Shown here piece after piece: positions 40,329 through 49,848 of a stretch of DNA of 64,000 nt. The translations under genes were made by a program, and so were the position numbers. Below the pieces are notes generated by a model. That model was not told the origin of the DNA and searched no databases. It saw only the letters and a list, made by a program, of their open reading frames with translations. Every line of letters starts with the position of its first letter. The stretch's first letter is position 1. Origin of the DNA: Terriglobales bacterium (GTDB lineage Bacteria; Acidobacteriota; Terriglobia; Terriglobales; SCQP01); NCBI GenBank assembly GCA_035553115.1, contig DATNED010000158.1, positions 2,579 through 66,578 on the forward strand, in the 5' to 3' direction.

Positions 40329-41171
40329 ATGACTGGGTCTCGCGCCGGAACGCTCGCGGCCATCACGCTGGTGCTGATGGGGGCGCGCTGCATTGCGGCG
40401 CAATCGGCCCCGGCGGCGGGGCCTGCGGCGGCCGAGCCCTGGGCTCTTTATGACGTGAGCGATTCAGGCGTCGAGGTGCGCCAGCCGGTATGCGGCCCGC
40501 TGGCGTATTTTTCTGGGCCGCCGCTGCAGTTCGACTACTCCGGGTTCTTTCACTTTCTGACCACGAACTATGGGCCGCGGACGGTGAGCTACAAGACCCA
40601 AACGGACTTGGTCGGGACCGTGCAGGGGCGCCAAGTCCATGAGGTGATGCAGACGGTGCAGCTCCATCCCCCCGAAGAAGCGCCCACCCCGCCCGGGCCC
40701 ATGAGCGCGCGCCGGGTTCTCGTGCAACGCTCGGCAGGCCAGTACTGCATGATCTTCCAGGCGTCGAACTGGAACGGTAGGCTGGCCGGGCTGGATCCGA
40801 TGACGCTGGCCCAAGTTCCGGGCGGCACGCTGCTGTTTTCGCATGATGGGTCGAGCGGCAATTGCGGCTGCTATGAAAGCGAAGTGTGGGCGTTCGATCA
40901 CGGCATTCCCTACCACCTCGACTTCTACGTGTTGATCGCCCCGATCCTGAAGCGGCTCCTGCCCCGCGGCGATGAGGTGCGCAACGGCGATCCGCTCGAC
41001 CTCACCACGCTCACCTACGAGCACGACGTCTCCACGCCGAGCGACAGCGAGCATGAGGGCAGCGGCGGCACCATCCGCATCCGGTTCGCCCTGCGCGGAC
41101 ACACGCTCTCGGTGGCGGATGCCCAATTCACCCCGCCGCTGGCGGCAGGGCCCGCGCCAACTTTGCGGTGA
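40329..41171 (+). CDS. Secreted hypothetical protein (280 aa) inserted between imuB and imuA
   Basis: Signal peptide MTGSRAGTLAAITLVLMGARCIAAQS. No family recognised. TAAAAT -10 lies 6 nt before the ATG. Confidence 0.6.
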   Translation: MTGSRAGTLAAITLVLMGARCIAAQSAPAAGPAAAEPWALYDVSDSGVEVRQPVCGPLAYFSGPPLQFDYSGFFHFLTTNYGPRTVSYKTQTDLVGTVQGRQVHEVMQTVQLHPPEEAPTPPGPMSARRVLVQRSAGQYCMIFQASNWNGRLAGLDPMTLAQVPGGTLLFSHDGSSGNCGCYESEVWAFDHGIPYHLDFYVLIAPILKRLLPRGDEVRNGDPLDLTTLTYEHDVSTPSDSEHEGSGGTIRIRFALRGHTLSVADAQFTPPLAAGPAPTLR

Positions 41172-41174
41172 GGG

Positions 41175-41873
41175 TCACGCGCTCAGCTCGATCTCGATCT
41201 CGGCCACTCGCTCCGGCGGGCGCTTGCCGGCGAAGGCATTGCGCCGCGTGGCCAGGGTCTCGACCTCGAGCCGCGCCCCCTCAAGCAACAGCTCGCCCGC
41301 CTGGTTCCACTGCCGGCGGGCATGGCGCGCGCTGAGGACGCGGTCGGCGCAGGGCCCAGCCAGCGGCGTCTGCGCCAGCACCACCAGCGCGGTGCGCCGC
41401 TCGCGCTCGAGCCCGCGCAGCAGCCGGAACCAGGTGGCGCGCGCCGCCTCCACCGCGCCCAGGTCGCGCAGATCGAGCACCACCAGCGCGAACCCGCCGG
41501 CGCGCAGCAGCAACTGCGCCGCGCGCAGCGCCGGCACGGCGGCGCTCTTCTCCTCCGCACCGCGCACCCACAGCAGCCGGGTCAGCTCGACCCCGGCCCG
41601 CGCCGCGCCTTCCGGGTCGAGCCGGTCCGAAGCATCCACCCAAGCGATCTGGCCCGGGCAGGTGGCGGCCCAATGCAGCGCCAGGCTGGTCGCCCCCGCG
41701 CGGCCCACCACTTCGGTGATCGCCCCCGCCGCCGGCGGCGTCAGCGCACCCCGCGCATCCGCCTCGACTGGCGCGCGCGCCGCTCCCGCTAGCGCCGCCC
41801 TCAGCCCCCGCGCCTCCAGCAGCGCCTCCAACGCCCGCTTCAGCTCGGGTTTTCCCGCCCCTTCCGCCGCCAC
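41175..41873 (-). CDS. imuA: ImuA (RecA-fold/SulA-like mutasome subunit)
   Basis: 232 aa with GTG start. GAITEVVGRAGATSLALHWAA...IAWVDASDRLDPEGAARAGVELTRLLWVR...GGFALVVLDL fits the degenerate RecA-like ImuA core. Confidence 0.7.
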   Translation of the reverse strand: MAAEGAGKPELKRALEALLEARGLRAALAGAARAPVEADARGALTPPAAGAITEVVGRAGATSLALHWAATCPGQIAWVDASDRLDPEGAARAGVELTRLLWVRGAEEKSAAVPALRAAQLLLRAGGFALVVLDLRDLGAVEAARATWFRLLRGLERERRTALVVLAQTPLAGPCADRVLSARHARRQWNQAGELLLEGARLEVETLATRRNAFAGKRPPERVAEIEIELSA

Positions 41874-41885
41874 TGCATCTGCTCC

Positions 41886-41947
41886 GTTTTTTCGCTTTTT
41901 CTTCGCCTAGCTCGACCAGTCTAGGCCCGCCTCGCCCCGCTGTCAAA
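41886..41947 (-). promoter_or_regulatory. imuA promoter plus putative operator: second copy of the same module
   Basis: Minus strand has TTGACA (41946-41941), a 17-nt spacer and TAGACT (41923-41918). The identical 18-mer GCGAAGAAAAAGCGAAAA follows (plus-strand TTCGC at 41902 and 41891). Every element is offset exactly 1650 bp from the imuB copy. Confidence 0.55.
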
Positions 41948-41961
41948 CGCCCTTTTTCGTC

Positions 41962-43239
41962 TCAGCTTGCCGCCTCGACCGCCCTCTGCAGCCGTGGCAT
42001 CAGCGCTTCCAGCTCAGCCACCGACGTCACCCCGATCGAGAGCCGGAACCAGCCCGCGCCGGGCTGGGCGCCGAAGGCGCCGAAGGGCACGGCCCCGAGC
42101 TTGGCCTCGCGCAGCAGATATTTCCGGATGTCGTCGTCGCTTTCCAAGAGTTGCCCCTGCGGCGTGCGCCGCCCGTGCAGCGCGAAGCGCGCGCTGGCGT
42201 AGATCGCACCCTGCGGTTCCAGGCTGTCCACCGGGAGCCCGGCGGCCTTCATCGTCTGCAGCCCGCGGTGGATGGTGTCCAGCCGCGCCGCTGCCTCGCG
42301 CCGCATGCTTTCGATATAGGCGTCCACCGCGGCGTGATCGTTCAGCAGTTTCGCCGTTGCGATCTGCTCCGGCCGCGGCGCCCACGCTCCGACGTGCCCG
42401 TTGATGTTGTTCAGCGCCTTGACGATCTCCGGCGGCGCAATCGCCCAGCCGACGCGCAGCCCGGTCGCGGCAAAGCACTTCGAGATCGCATCCACGGTGA
42501 CCAAATAGGGCAGGATGGCCGGCCGCAGCACACCCGGATCGGGATGCACGGTTCCCGGCGTCGTGATCATCCAGTACACCTGGTCGTAGAGCAGGTACAG
42601 CGGACGCTCCTCCGCGCCCCGCCGCTGGTTCTCCTCCAGCACCGCGTCGAGGATCTCTGCCAACGCCGGGGCGCTGAAGGACGTTCCGGTCGGGTTCAGC
42701 GGTGAGTTCAGCGCCAGCATCCGCGCCCCGCGCAAATGCGGACGCAGCATCGCCGCGGTGGGCAGAAACGCCGTTGCCGGCCCGCAGGCCACCCGCGCCT
42801 GTTTTGCTCCGACCAGGTCGCAGTAGTACTCGTTATTCCAACCCGGCACCGCGAACACGACCTTGTCGCCGGCATCCACGAGCGCACGGTACACCGCATA
42901 AATCACCGGCCGCGCTCCACCCGCGATCAAGACCGACTCGATCGGCAGCTCCCGACCGCCCCGATGCGCATAGAACCCGCACACCGCCCGGCGCAGCGCC
43001 TCGATGCCGATCGGCGGCGGATAATTCGTCTCCCCCGCCCGCAGCGCCTCGATGATCGCCTCCTCCAGCCCGCGCGGAATGCGGAACTGCTGGGGATGAA
43101 AATCCCCCACCGTGAGGTTGAGGATCTTCTCGCCCTTGGCGGTCAGCCCGCGGATTTCATCGGCGATTCCGAGGATGGCCGAGCCCCGCAATTCGTTCGC
43201 GAGGACCGACAACGGAGCAGCAAGTTGTGCGGCAGGCAT
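41962..43239 (-). CDS. Class I/II PLP-dependent aminotransferase
   Basis: 425 aa with NLTVGDF, YPPPIGIEALR, and SKCFAATGLRVGW (PLP lysine context). Confidence 0.9.
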   Translation of the reverse strand: MPAAQLAAPLSVLANELRGSAILGIADEIRGLTAKGEKILNLTVGDFHPQQFRIPRGLEEAIIEALRAGETNYPPPIGIEALRRAVCGFYAHRGGRELPIESVLIAGGARPVIYAVYRALVDAGDKVVFAVPGWNNEYYCDLVGAKQARVACGPATAFLPTAAMLRPHLRGARMLALNSPLNPTGTSFSAPALAEILDAVLEENQRRGAEERPLYLLYDQVYWMITTPGTVHPDPGVLRPAILPYLVTVDAISKCFAATGLRVGWAIAPPEIVKALNNINGHVGAWAPRPEQIATAKLLNDHAAVDAYIESMRREAAARLDTIHRGLQTMKAAGLPVDSLEPQGAIYASARFALHGRRTPQGQLLESDDDIRKYLLREAKLGAVPFGAFGAQPGAGWFRLSIGVTSVAELEALMPRLQRAVEAAS

Positions 43240-43247
43240 GCATCCCG

Positions 43248-43253
43248 ATTTTA
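43248..43253 (-). promoter_or_regulatory. TAAAAT -10 box 8 nt upstream of the aminotransferase ATG (43239)
   Basis: Minus strand reads TAAAAT, then CGGGATGC, then ATG. Confidence 0.3.
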
Positions 43254-43321
43254 CCGCGCCCGCTAAGGCGGTGGAGGCACCCGCAACGGAGTCGCGGCGC
43301 TCGCCGCCTCTGCCGGTCTGC

Positions 43322-43327
43322 TAAAAT
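43322..43327 (+). promoter_or_regulatory. TAAAAT -10 box 10 nt upstream of the tRNA 5' end
   Basis: ctgcTAAAATggcagcttccGGCGGCG. The -35 is poor. Confidence 0.35.
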
Positions 43328-43337
43328 GGCAGCTTCC

Positions 43338-43411
43338 GGCGGCGTAGCTCAGATGGTTAGAGCGAAGGTCTCATAATCCTTAGGTCAGTGGTTCGAGTCC
43401 ACTCGCCGCCA
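43338..43411 (+). tRNA. tRNA with CAU anticodon, elongator tRNA-Met most likely (tRNA-Ile2/lysidine not excluded)
   Basis: Hand-folded cloverleaf:
- Acceptor GGCGGCG/CGCCGCC.
- D arm GCTC-AGATGGTTA-GAGC.
- Anticodon arm AAGGT-CTCATAA-TCCTT, with one U-U at 31:39.
- T arm AGTGG-TTCGAGT-CCACT.
- Discriminator A.
No encoded CCA. No initiator features (1:72 is paired, no GGG/CCC anticodon stem). Confidence 0.85.
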
Positions 43412-43483
43412 CGTACCACTCTTCCGCACTGCGGCGCCCGGCCGTGCCAGGGGCCCCGCCGCGCCGGCTGGGCTTTCTTCCCG

Positions 43484-44782
<1,299 letters not shown>

Positions 44783-44785
44783 CCC

Positions 44786-46354
44786 ATGCCCGTCCCCAAG
44801 CCCATCGTCCTTGCCATCCTGGACGGCTGGGGCTATGCGCCCGCTGGCCCCGCCAACGCAATTTCGCTCGCGCGCAAGCCGGTCTATGACCGCTTGCTGC
44901 GCGAGTTTCCCAACACGCTCCTCCACACCTCCGGCCCCTTCGTTGGCCTCCCCGAAGGGCAAATGGGCAACAGCGAAGTCGGCCACCTCAATATCGGCGC
45001 CGGCCGCATCGTCCAAATGGACATCACCCGCCTCGATCAAGCCATCGCCGACGGCAGCTTCTTCCGCAATCTCGCCCTCCTGGCCGCGATGCACCACGCC
45101 CGCACCCGCCAGTTGCACCTCATCGGCTTGTGCAGCGATGGCGGCGTCCACTCGCACCTCGAGCACCTCTACGCCCTGCTGCGCATGGCCAAGGCCGAAG
45201 GCGTGGCTCGCGTCTTCGTTCACGCCATCACCGACGGACGCGACACCGCTCCGCACTCGGGCCGCGACTACCTCGAACAGGTCGAGCAGAAAATGCGCGA
45301 GCTCGGCCTCGGCGCGATCGCCACGGTCTCCGGCCGCTTCTATGCCATGGATCGCGACCAGCGCTGGGAGCGCATCCGCGCCGCGCTTGACGCCATGGTT
45401 CATGCCGCCGGCCCGCGCGCGCCCTCCGCCGTCGAGGTCCTCACCGTCTCCTACAACCATGGCGTCACCGATGAGTTCGTCGCTCCGACCGGGATCGCCC
45501 CGCGGGGCGATCCCGTGGCCACGATCCACGACGAGGACGCCGTCATCTTTTTCAATTTCCGCGCCGATCGGGCCCGCCAAATCACCCGCGCGCTCACCCG
45601 GGTCGGCGAGCCCGTGCCCGCATTGGACGCCGCCATCCCGCGCTCGGCGGTCCCCCGGGATCTGCGCTATGTCTGCATGACCCGCTACGACCGCAGCTTT
45701 GACCTTCCGGTCGTGCTGCCGCCCGAGTCGCTCGATCACATCCTGGCCCAGGTCCTGGCGGAGCGCGGCCTGCGCAACTTGCGCGTCGCGGAAACCGAAA
45801 AATATGCCCACGTGACGTATTTCTTCAATGGCGGCGTCGAGAAGGAATACCCCGGCGAGGAGCGCAAACTGATTCCCTCGCCCAAGGTCGCGACCTACGA
45901 TCTCAAACCCGAGATGTCGGCCGCGGGCGTCGCCGCCGCGGTGACGGATGCGATCGAGCGCGGCAGCTTCGATCTCATCGTCGTCAACTTCGCCAATGCC
46001 GACATGGTCGGCCACTCCGGCCGGATTGCGCCCACGGTCCAAGCCTGCGAAGCGGTGGATGCCGGCCTCGGCGAAATCGAGCGCGCCCTCCGCCGGCGCG
46101 GCGGCGCATTGCTGGTCACCGCCGACCACGGCAATGCCGAGCAGATGGTCATTCCCGCAACCGGCGGCCCGCACACCTATCACACGACGAATCCGGTGCC
46201 GTTCATTTTCGCTGCCCAGCTGACGCCCGGCGCGCAGCCGTGGGCGCTCCGCTCCGATGGCTCCCTGCGTGACATCGCCCCCACCTTGCTGGGCATGCTG
46301 AATGTGCCCGAGCCCGCCGCCATGTCGGGGCGCGACCTCCGCCAGCAGCGATAA
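44786..46354 (+). CDS. gpmI: 2,3-bisphosphoglycerate-independent phosphoglycerate mutase
   Basis: 522 aa with [22 protein letters not shown] and ADHGNAE motifs. Confidence 0.95.
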   Translation: MPVPKPIVLAILDGWGYAPAGPANAISLARKPVYDRLLREFPNTLLHTSGPFVGLPEGQMGNSEVGHLNIGAGRIVQMDITRLDQAIADGSFFRNLALLAAMHHARTRQLHLIGLCSDGGVHSHLEHLYALLRMAKAEGVARVFVHAITDGRDTAPHSGRDYLEQVEQKMRELGLGAIATVSGRFYAMDRDQRWERIRAALDAMVHAAGPRAPSAVEVLTVSYNHGVTDEFVAPTGIAPRGDPVATIHDEDAVIFFNFRADRARQITRALTRVGEPVPALDAAIPRSAVPRDLRYVCMTRYDRSFDLPVVLPPESLDHILAQVLAERGLRNLRVAETEKYAHVTYFFNGGVEKEYPGEERKLIPSPKVATYDLKPEMSAAGVAAAVTDAIERGSFDLIVVNFANADMVGHSGRIAPTVQACEAVDAGLGEIERALRRRGGALLVTADHGNAEQMVIPATGGPHTYHTTNPVPFIFAAQLTPGAQPWALRSDGSLRDIAPTLLGMLNVPEPAAMSGRDLRQQR

Positions 46355-46355
46355 T
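46350..46355 (+). promoter_or_regulatory. GATAAT -10 box 6 nt upstream of the Cld-family ATG (leaderless-type)
   Basis: GATAAT, then CGTTCC, then ATG 46362. Overlaps the gpmI stop codon. Confidence 0.3.
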
Positions 46356-46361
46356 CGTTCC

Positions 46362-47069
46362 ATGCGTGAAAAGCTCGAATTGTGCGAAAAGGGCGGCAGC
46401 GGGCAGACCTCCGATCGCCGCCTCTACCTGCAGTTGCTCGCCTTTGGCGACTGCGACATCACCCCCGGTTTGATCCGCGCGCTCGAGCAATGGGAGATCG
46501 AGGGGGTGCTCTATGAAGATCTCAACGACCCCGCCGGCGTTGCGCTCCTTACCTGGAGCACCGATCCCGCTTGGTTCGCCACCGATCTCCGGCGCGCCTT
46601 GCAGCACGAGCCCTTCGCCGCGCTCCGCTTCAAGCCCGAAATGACCATGCTGGGCCGCACCTACGCCCTTGGCCATGAGCCCGATCTCGGCGATTGGCTT
46701 CTGGACAAGCCGCGCCGCAGCGCCACCACCCCCGCCTGGCCTTGGGCGGTGTGGTATCCCCTGCGCCGGAAGGGCCAGTTCAACTCGCTCGCGCCCGAGG
46801 AACAGGCCGCGATTCTGCGCGAGCACGGTGCCATTGGCCACGCCTTCGGCGCTGCGGGTCACGCGCAGGATATCCGCCTCGCGGCGTTCGGCCTCGACCG
46901 CAACGACAATGACTTCGTCATCGGCTTGGTGGGTGCGGATCTCCATCCGCTCTCGGCTTGCGTGCAGGCCATGCGTAAAACCCGCCAGACTTCCGGCTAC
47001 ATCGCCCGCATGGGCCCCTTCTTCGTCGGCCGCGCAGTCTGGCAGCGCCTCCGCACGGAGAAGCTCTGA
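46362..47069 (+). CDS. Chlorite dismutase family protein (possible coproheme decarboxylase ChdC/HemQ)
   Basis: 235 aa from MREKLEL. WAVWYPLRRKGQFNSLAPEEQAAILREHGAIG resembles the Cld/HemQ family core. The functional subtype is not resolved. Confidence 0.65.
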   Translation: MREKLELCEKGGSGQTSDRRLYLQLLAFGDCDITPGLIRALEQWEIEGVLYEDLNDPAGVALLTWSTDPAWFATDLRRALQHEPFAALRFKPEMTMLGRTYALGHEPDLGDWLLDKPRRSATTPAWPWAVWYPLRRKGQFNSLAPEEQAAILREHGAIGHAFGAAGHAQDIRLAAFGLDRNDNDFVIGLVGADLHPLSACVQAMRKTRQTSGYIARMGPFFVGRAVWQRLRTEKL

Positions 47070-47093
47070 TCCCGATTGGCGGTAGGGCCCGAG

Positions 47094-47114
47094 TTGCCCC
47101 GCAGGTCGGGGCAA
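47094..47114 (+). terminator. Hairpin downstream of the Cld-family gene (possible intrinsic terminator without U-tract)
   Basis: TTGCCCCG-caggt-CGGGGCAA, a perfect 8-bp stem 25 nt after the stop. No T-run follows. Confidence 0.35.
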
Positions 47115-47323
47115 GATCGCAGGGCCAGGCCCGCGAAATTCGGACGGGGAGCGACTCTCCGGAAGGGGCGAGACGGGGTGGTTGGCTAGGACGCAGGGAG
47201 GGCGCGATCCGCAGCGTGGCTCGATGCCTGTGCGCAGCACGGGTGAGGATTCGCGCCCGACCGAGGACAACGCCAGACGCCCCGTATCGCCCCGCCCCGC
47301 TCCATTCTGCATCCAAGCTTGGC

Positions 47324-47890
47324 ATGGCGAAGCGCGGCAACGCGGCACCCTTGTGGCTGGCCAGTGGCTTCGCGGCCGGGGTGGCCATCGGGTGGCTTTC
47401 TGCTCCACGGCGCGGCGATTGGCTGCGCAATCAAATCCGCCAAAAGTTCATCCATTGGAACAAAGTCGGCCAGCGCACCTTCTACAAGCGCCGCCGCGAT
47501 CTCGCGAACCGCGTCCGCGGCAGCGTGGCCGGGATCCGCGAGGCCTATGCGCTGCACGACCCCTATGTGGACGCGAATACCCTCGTGGATCAGGTTCACA
47601 GCCAGCTCGGCCGGGAGTTCGCCCCCACGCTCGAGCACATCAACCTGAATGCTGTAGGCCACACCCTGGTTCTCCATGGGTACATCGCCGATGAGCTCGA
47701 GCGCGACCGCCTCGTTTCCGCGATTGCCGCCATCGAAGGCGTCGGCGAAGTGGACGCCTCCCGCCTTCGCCTCCATCTCCCCCACGTTCCAGAGCTGCAT
47801 CCAGAACCGGAAACGGCGCCGGATGTTCAGGAATCAAGCGCTCCGGCCATCGCTTCGCCTCGTATCCGCCGCCCCCGTGCCCCGCGCTAG
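47324..47890 (+). CDS. YtxH-like / BON domain protein
   Basis: 188 aa from MAKRGN. An N-terminal membrane-associated helix is followed by the BON-like core LVDQVHSQLGREF...INLNAVGHTLVLHGYIADELERDRLVSAIAAIEGVGEVD. Confidence 0.65.
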   Translation: MAKRGNAAPLWLASGFAAGVAIGWLSAPRRGDWLRNQIRQKFIHWNKVGQRTFYKRRRDLANRVRGSVAGIREAYALHDPYVDANTLVDQVHSQLGREFAPTLEHINLNAVGHTLVLHGYIADELERDRLVSAIAAIEGVGEVDASRLRLHLPHVPELHPEPETAPDVQESSAPAIASPRIRRPRAPR

Positions 47891-47914
47891 GTTCATCCGA
47901 CATCTGTTCCGAGG

Positions 47915-47920
47915 TATCAT
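47915..47920 (+). promoter_or_regulatory. TATCAT -10 box 6 nt upstream of mscL ATG (leaderless-type)
   Basis: TATCAT, then GCGGGC, then ATG 47927. A weak TTCATC sits 17 nt upstream. Confidence 0.35.
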
Positions 47921-47926
47921 GCGGGC

Positions 47927-48343
47927 ATGTTGAAGCAATTCAAGGCGTTCATCTTCAAAGGCAACGTGGTGGACCTGGCGGTCGCCGTAGTTATCGGCGC
48001 TGCTTTTGGGGCGGTCATCACCGCCTTCACCACCAACGTGCTCAATCCCTTCATCGCTGCCCTGGTGGGCAAGCCGGATTTCTCGGCTTACATGGTGACC
48101 GTCCATGGCAGCAAGATTCAGTATGGGTTGTTCCTCAATGCTCTAATCTCGTTCCTGCTGATCGCCGCTGCAGTCTACTTCTTCGTGGTCGCGCCCCTGA
48201 GTGCGATGATGAGGCGGATTCATGGGCCCGAGGCAGAGGCGCCGCCGATGACGCGCAAGTGCCCTGAATGCCTGAGCGATGTGCCCATCCAGGCGCGCCG
48301 CTGCGCTCATTGCTGCGTCGCGCTTTCACCTCTCGCTTCATGA
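47927..48343 (+). CDS. mscL: Large-conductance mechanosensitive channel MscL
   Basis: MLKQFKAFIFKGNVVDLAVAVVIGAAFGAVI is the MscL signature N terminus. The C-terminal CPECLSDVPIQARRCAHC zinc-ribbon tail is seen in some MscLs. Confidence 0.9.
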   Translation: MLKQFKAFIFKGNVVDLAVAVVIGAAFGAVITAFTTNVLNPFIAALVGKPDFSAYMVTVHGSKIQYGLFLNALISFLLIAAAVYFFVVAPLSAMMRRIHGPEAEAPPMTRKCPECLSDVPIQARRCAHCCVALSPLAS

Positions 48344-48594
48344 AGCCGGAGCCGGCAGAACCGTTCTATTCGACCCTGGCGCCACGCGGCCGGACGAACA
48401 TTCCGGTCCGGGTGCGCCGGGCGTTGGGCATCGAGGCTGGAGACATCATCGAATACATCCCATCGGGCGACCACGTCATCATCCGGCGCGCGCCGCTCGA
48501 CGTTCTTGCCGAGCCTCGATCTGCCAGCGTCAGCCCTGCCCAAATGCGCGCCACCGCCGCCGCCGCCGCCGCCCACGCCCGCTCCAAACGCTGA
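48340..48594 (+). CDS. AbrB/MazE/SpoVT-type DNA-binding domain protein (84 aa)
   Basis: Starts at ATG 48340 (ATGA overlap with the mscL stop). RGRTNIPVRVRRALGIEAGDIIEYIPSGDHVIIRR fits the swapped-hairpin AbrB fold. No toxin-like partner lies downstream. Confidence 0.55.
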   Translation: MKPEPAEPFYSTLAPRGRTNIPVRVRRALGIEAGDIIEYIPSGDHVIIRRAPLDVLAEPRSASVSPAQMRATAAAAAAHARSKR

Positions 48595-48719
48595 TGGAAC
48601 CTCGCTTCCCTGGGTGCACCGCGATGCGCACTCCGAGCCCTCGCCACTCCGGCTAAGTCCTGCGTTATCAAGGTGGAACCGGCGGCGTGCAACGTGCTTG
48701 CCGGGTACGGGAGGCAATC

Positions 48720-49379
48720 ATGTCCAGGCGATCTGTTCTTTGCGCGTCCGTGGCGTTGGGCGCGCTATTGGCAGGAGCCGCGCTGCCGGCGCGTGCGGAT
48801 TCGATCTACTCGAACTTCGGAAGCGGCCTGCAATCCAATTGGCTCACCACCGGCGAAGTGTATCAATACACGGGAGCGGATCTGTTTACGCCAACGGCTT
48901 CGGGCACGTTGACCCAAGTGGTATTGCAAATTTATACCGCGTCGGGCTCGCCGAACCTTACCGTGTACTTGGATTCCGACAATGGCGGGGTCCCGGGCTC
49001 GGTGCTCGACACTTTGACCACTACCCAGACCTTGCCCAGCCAAGGCAATCAGGCCCCGATCACCTTCACCTGTTCCGTCTGCTCGCAGCTGACCGTCGGC
49101 ACCAATTACTTTGTGCTGCTCACCAACCCGACTCCCGGCACCTTGGCCGGCTGGATTGAATCGAACTCCTACGGCTACCTCGAAGGCTACGATACCTACC
49201 AGGGCTGGCAGAACATCAACTACGATGCACTCGGCGCGCTTGAGGTGGATGCGACCACCGCGGTCCCAGAGCCCGCGAGCCTGATCCTGGTGTTGACGGG
49301 CCTGCTTGCGATCGCAGGTTTGTCCCTGCGAGGCCGCGGCGCTACCGCAGCCACCATGCCAGCGCCCACAGTCCAGTAG
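48720..49379 (+). CDS. PEP-CTERM sorting-domain secreted protein
   Basis: Starts MSRRSVLCASVALGALLAGAALPARA with GGGAGG SD. C-terminal VPEPASLILVLTGLLAIAGLSLRGR is a PEP-CTERM anchor. Confidence 0.8.
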   Translation: MSRRSVLCASVALGALLAGAALPARADSIYSNFGSGLQSNWLTTGEVYQYTGADLFTPTASGTLTQVVLQIYTASGSPNLTVYLDSDNGGVPGSVLDTLTTTQTLPSQGNQAPITFTCSVCSQLTVGTNYFVLLTNPTPGTLAGWIESNSYGYLEGYDTYQGWQNINYDALGALEVDATTAVPEPASLILVLTGLLAIAGLSLRGRGATAATMPAPTVQ

Positions 49380-49848
49380 CCGCATAGAGGCCGGCGAGCA
49401 CGTCATCGGCCATGATTCCCCAGCCGCGCGGGAGCCGTTCGGCCAGGTGCACCGGCCAGGGCTTGAGGACGTCGAAGAGGCGGAAGAGCACGAAGCCCGC
49501 CAGCGCCAGCTGCCAGTCGAGCGGGGCAACGAAGACAAAGCTCAACAGCTGTCCCGCGACTTCGTCCACCACCACATTGCGCGGATCGGGTTCGCCTGCC
49601 AGGCGCTCGGCGGTCGAGGCCGCGAATCCACCCGCGAAGAACAGCACCGCGGTCAGCCCCAGCACCGTGCTCGGGCGCGGCGCTGTGGCCCAGCCGGCGG
49701 CGGCGGTGGCGAGCGAAGCGAATGTTGCGGGCACCCAAGGAATCAGGCCGATCGGTCCGGCGATGGCGAACCAGTGCTGGGCTCGCTCCCAGGCGGTTCC
49801 CCCCCGCGGTCTCCGGGCTGCGACTTGGATGGAATAGCGGCGGGCCAT
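49342..49848 (-). CDS. pgpA: Phosphatidylglycerophosphatase A
   Basis: 168 aa. VVVDEVAGQLL and FRLFDVLKPWP...ADDVLAG are PgpA motifs. Confidence 0.85.
   Translation of the reverse strand: MARRYSIQVAARRPRGGTAWERAQHWFAIAGPIGLIPWVPATFASLATAAAGWATAPRPSTVLGLTAVLFFAGGFAASTAERLAGEPDPRNVVVDEVAGQLLSFVFVAPLDWQLALAGFVLFRLFDVLKPWPVHLAERLPRGWGIMADDVLAGLYAATGLWALAWWLR

Noticed and set aside
47141-47185. Two ACGGGG elements upstream of the BON/mscL genes as a c-di-AMP (ydaO-type) riboswitch
   Set aside because: As far as I can recall the ydaO consensus, its other conserved blocks are missing (GGGGUGAAUC-like segment, CCGA, AGCUAACC...GUAAGCG tail). I could not draw a pseudo-twofold fold.
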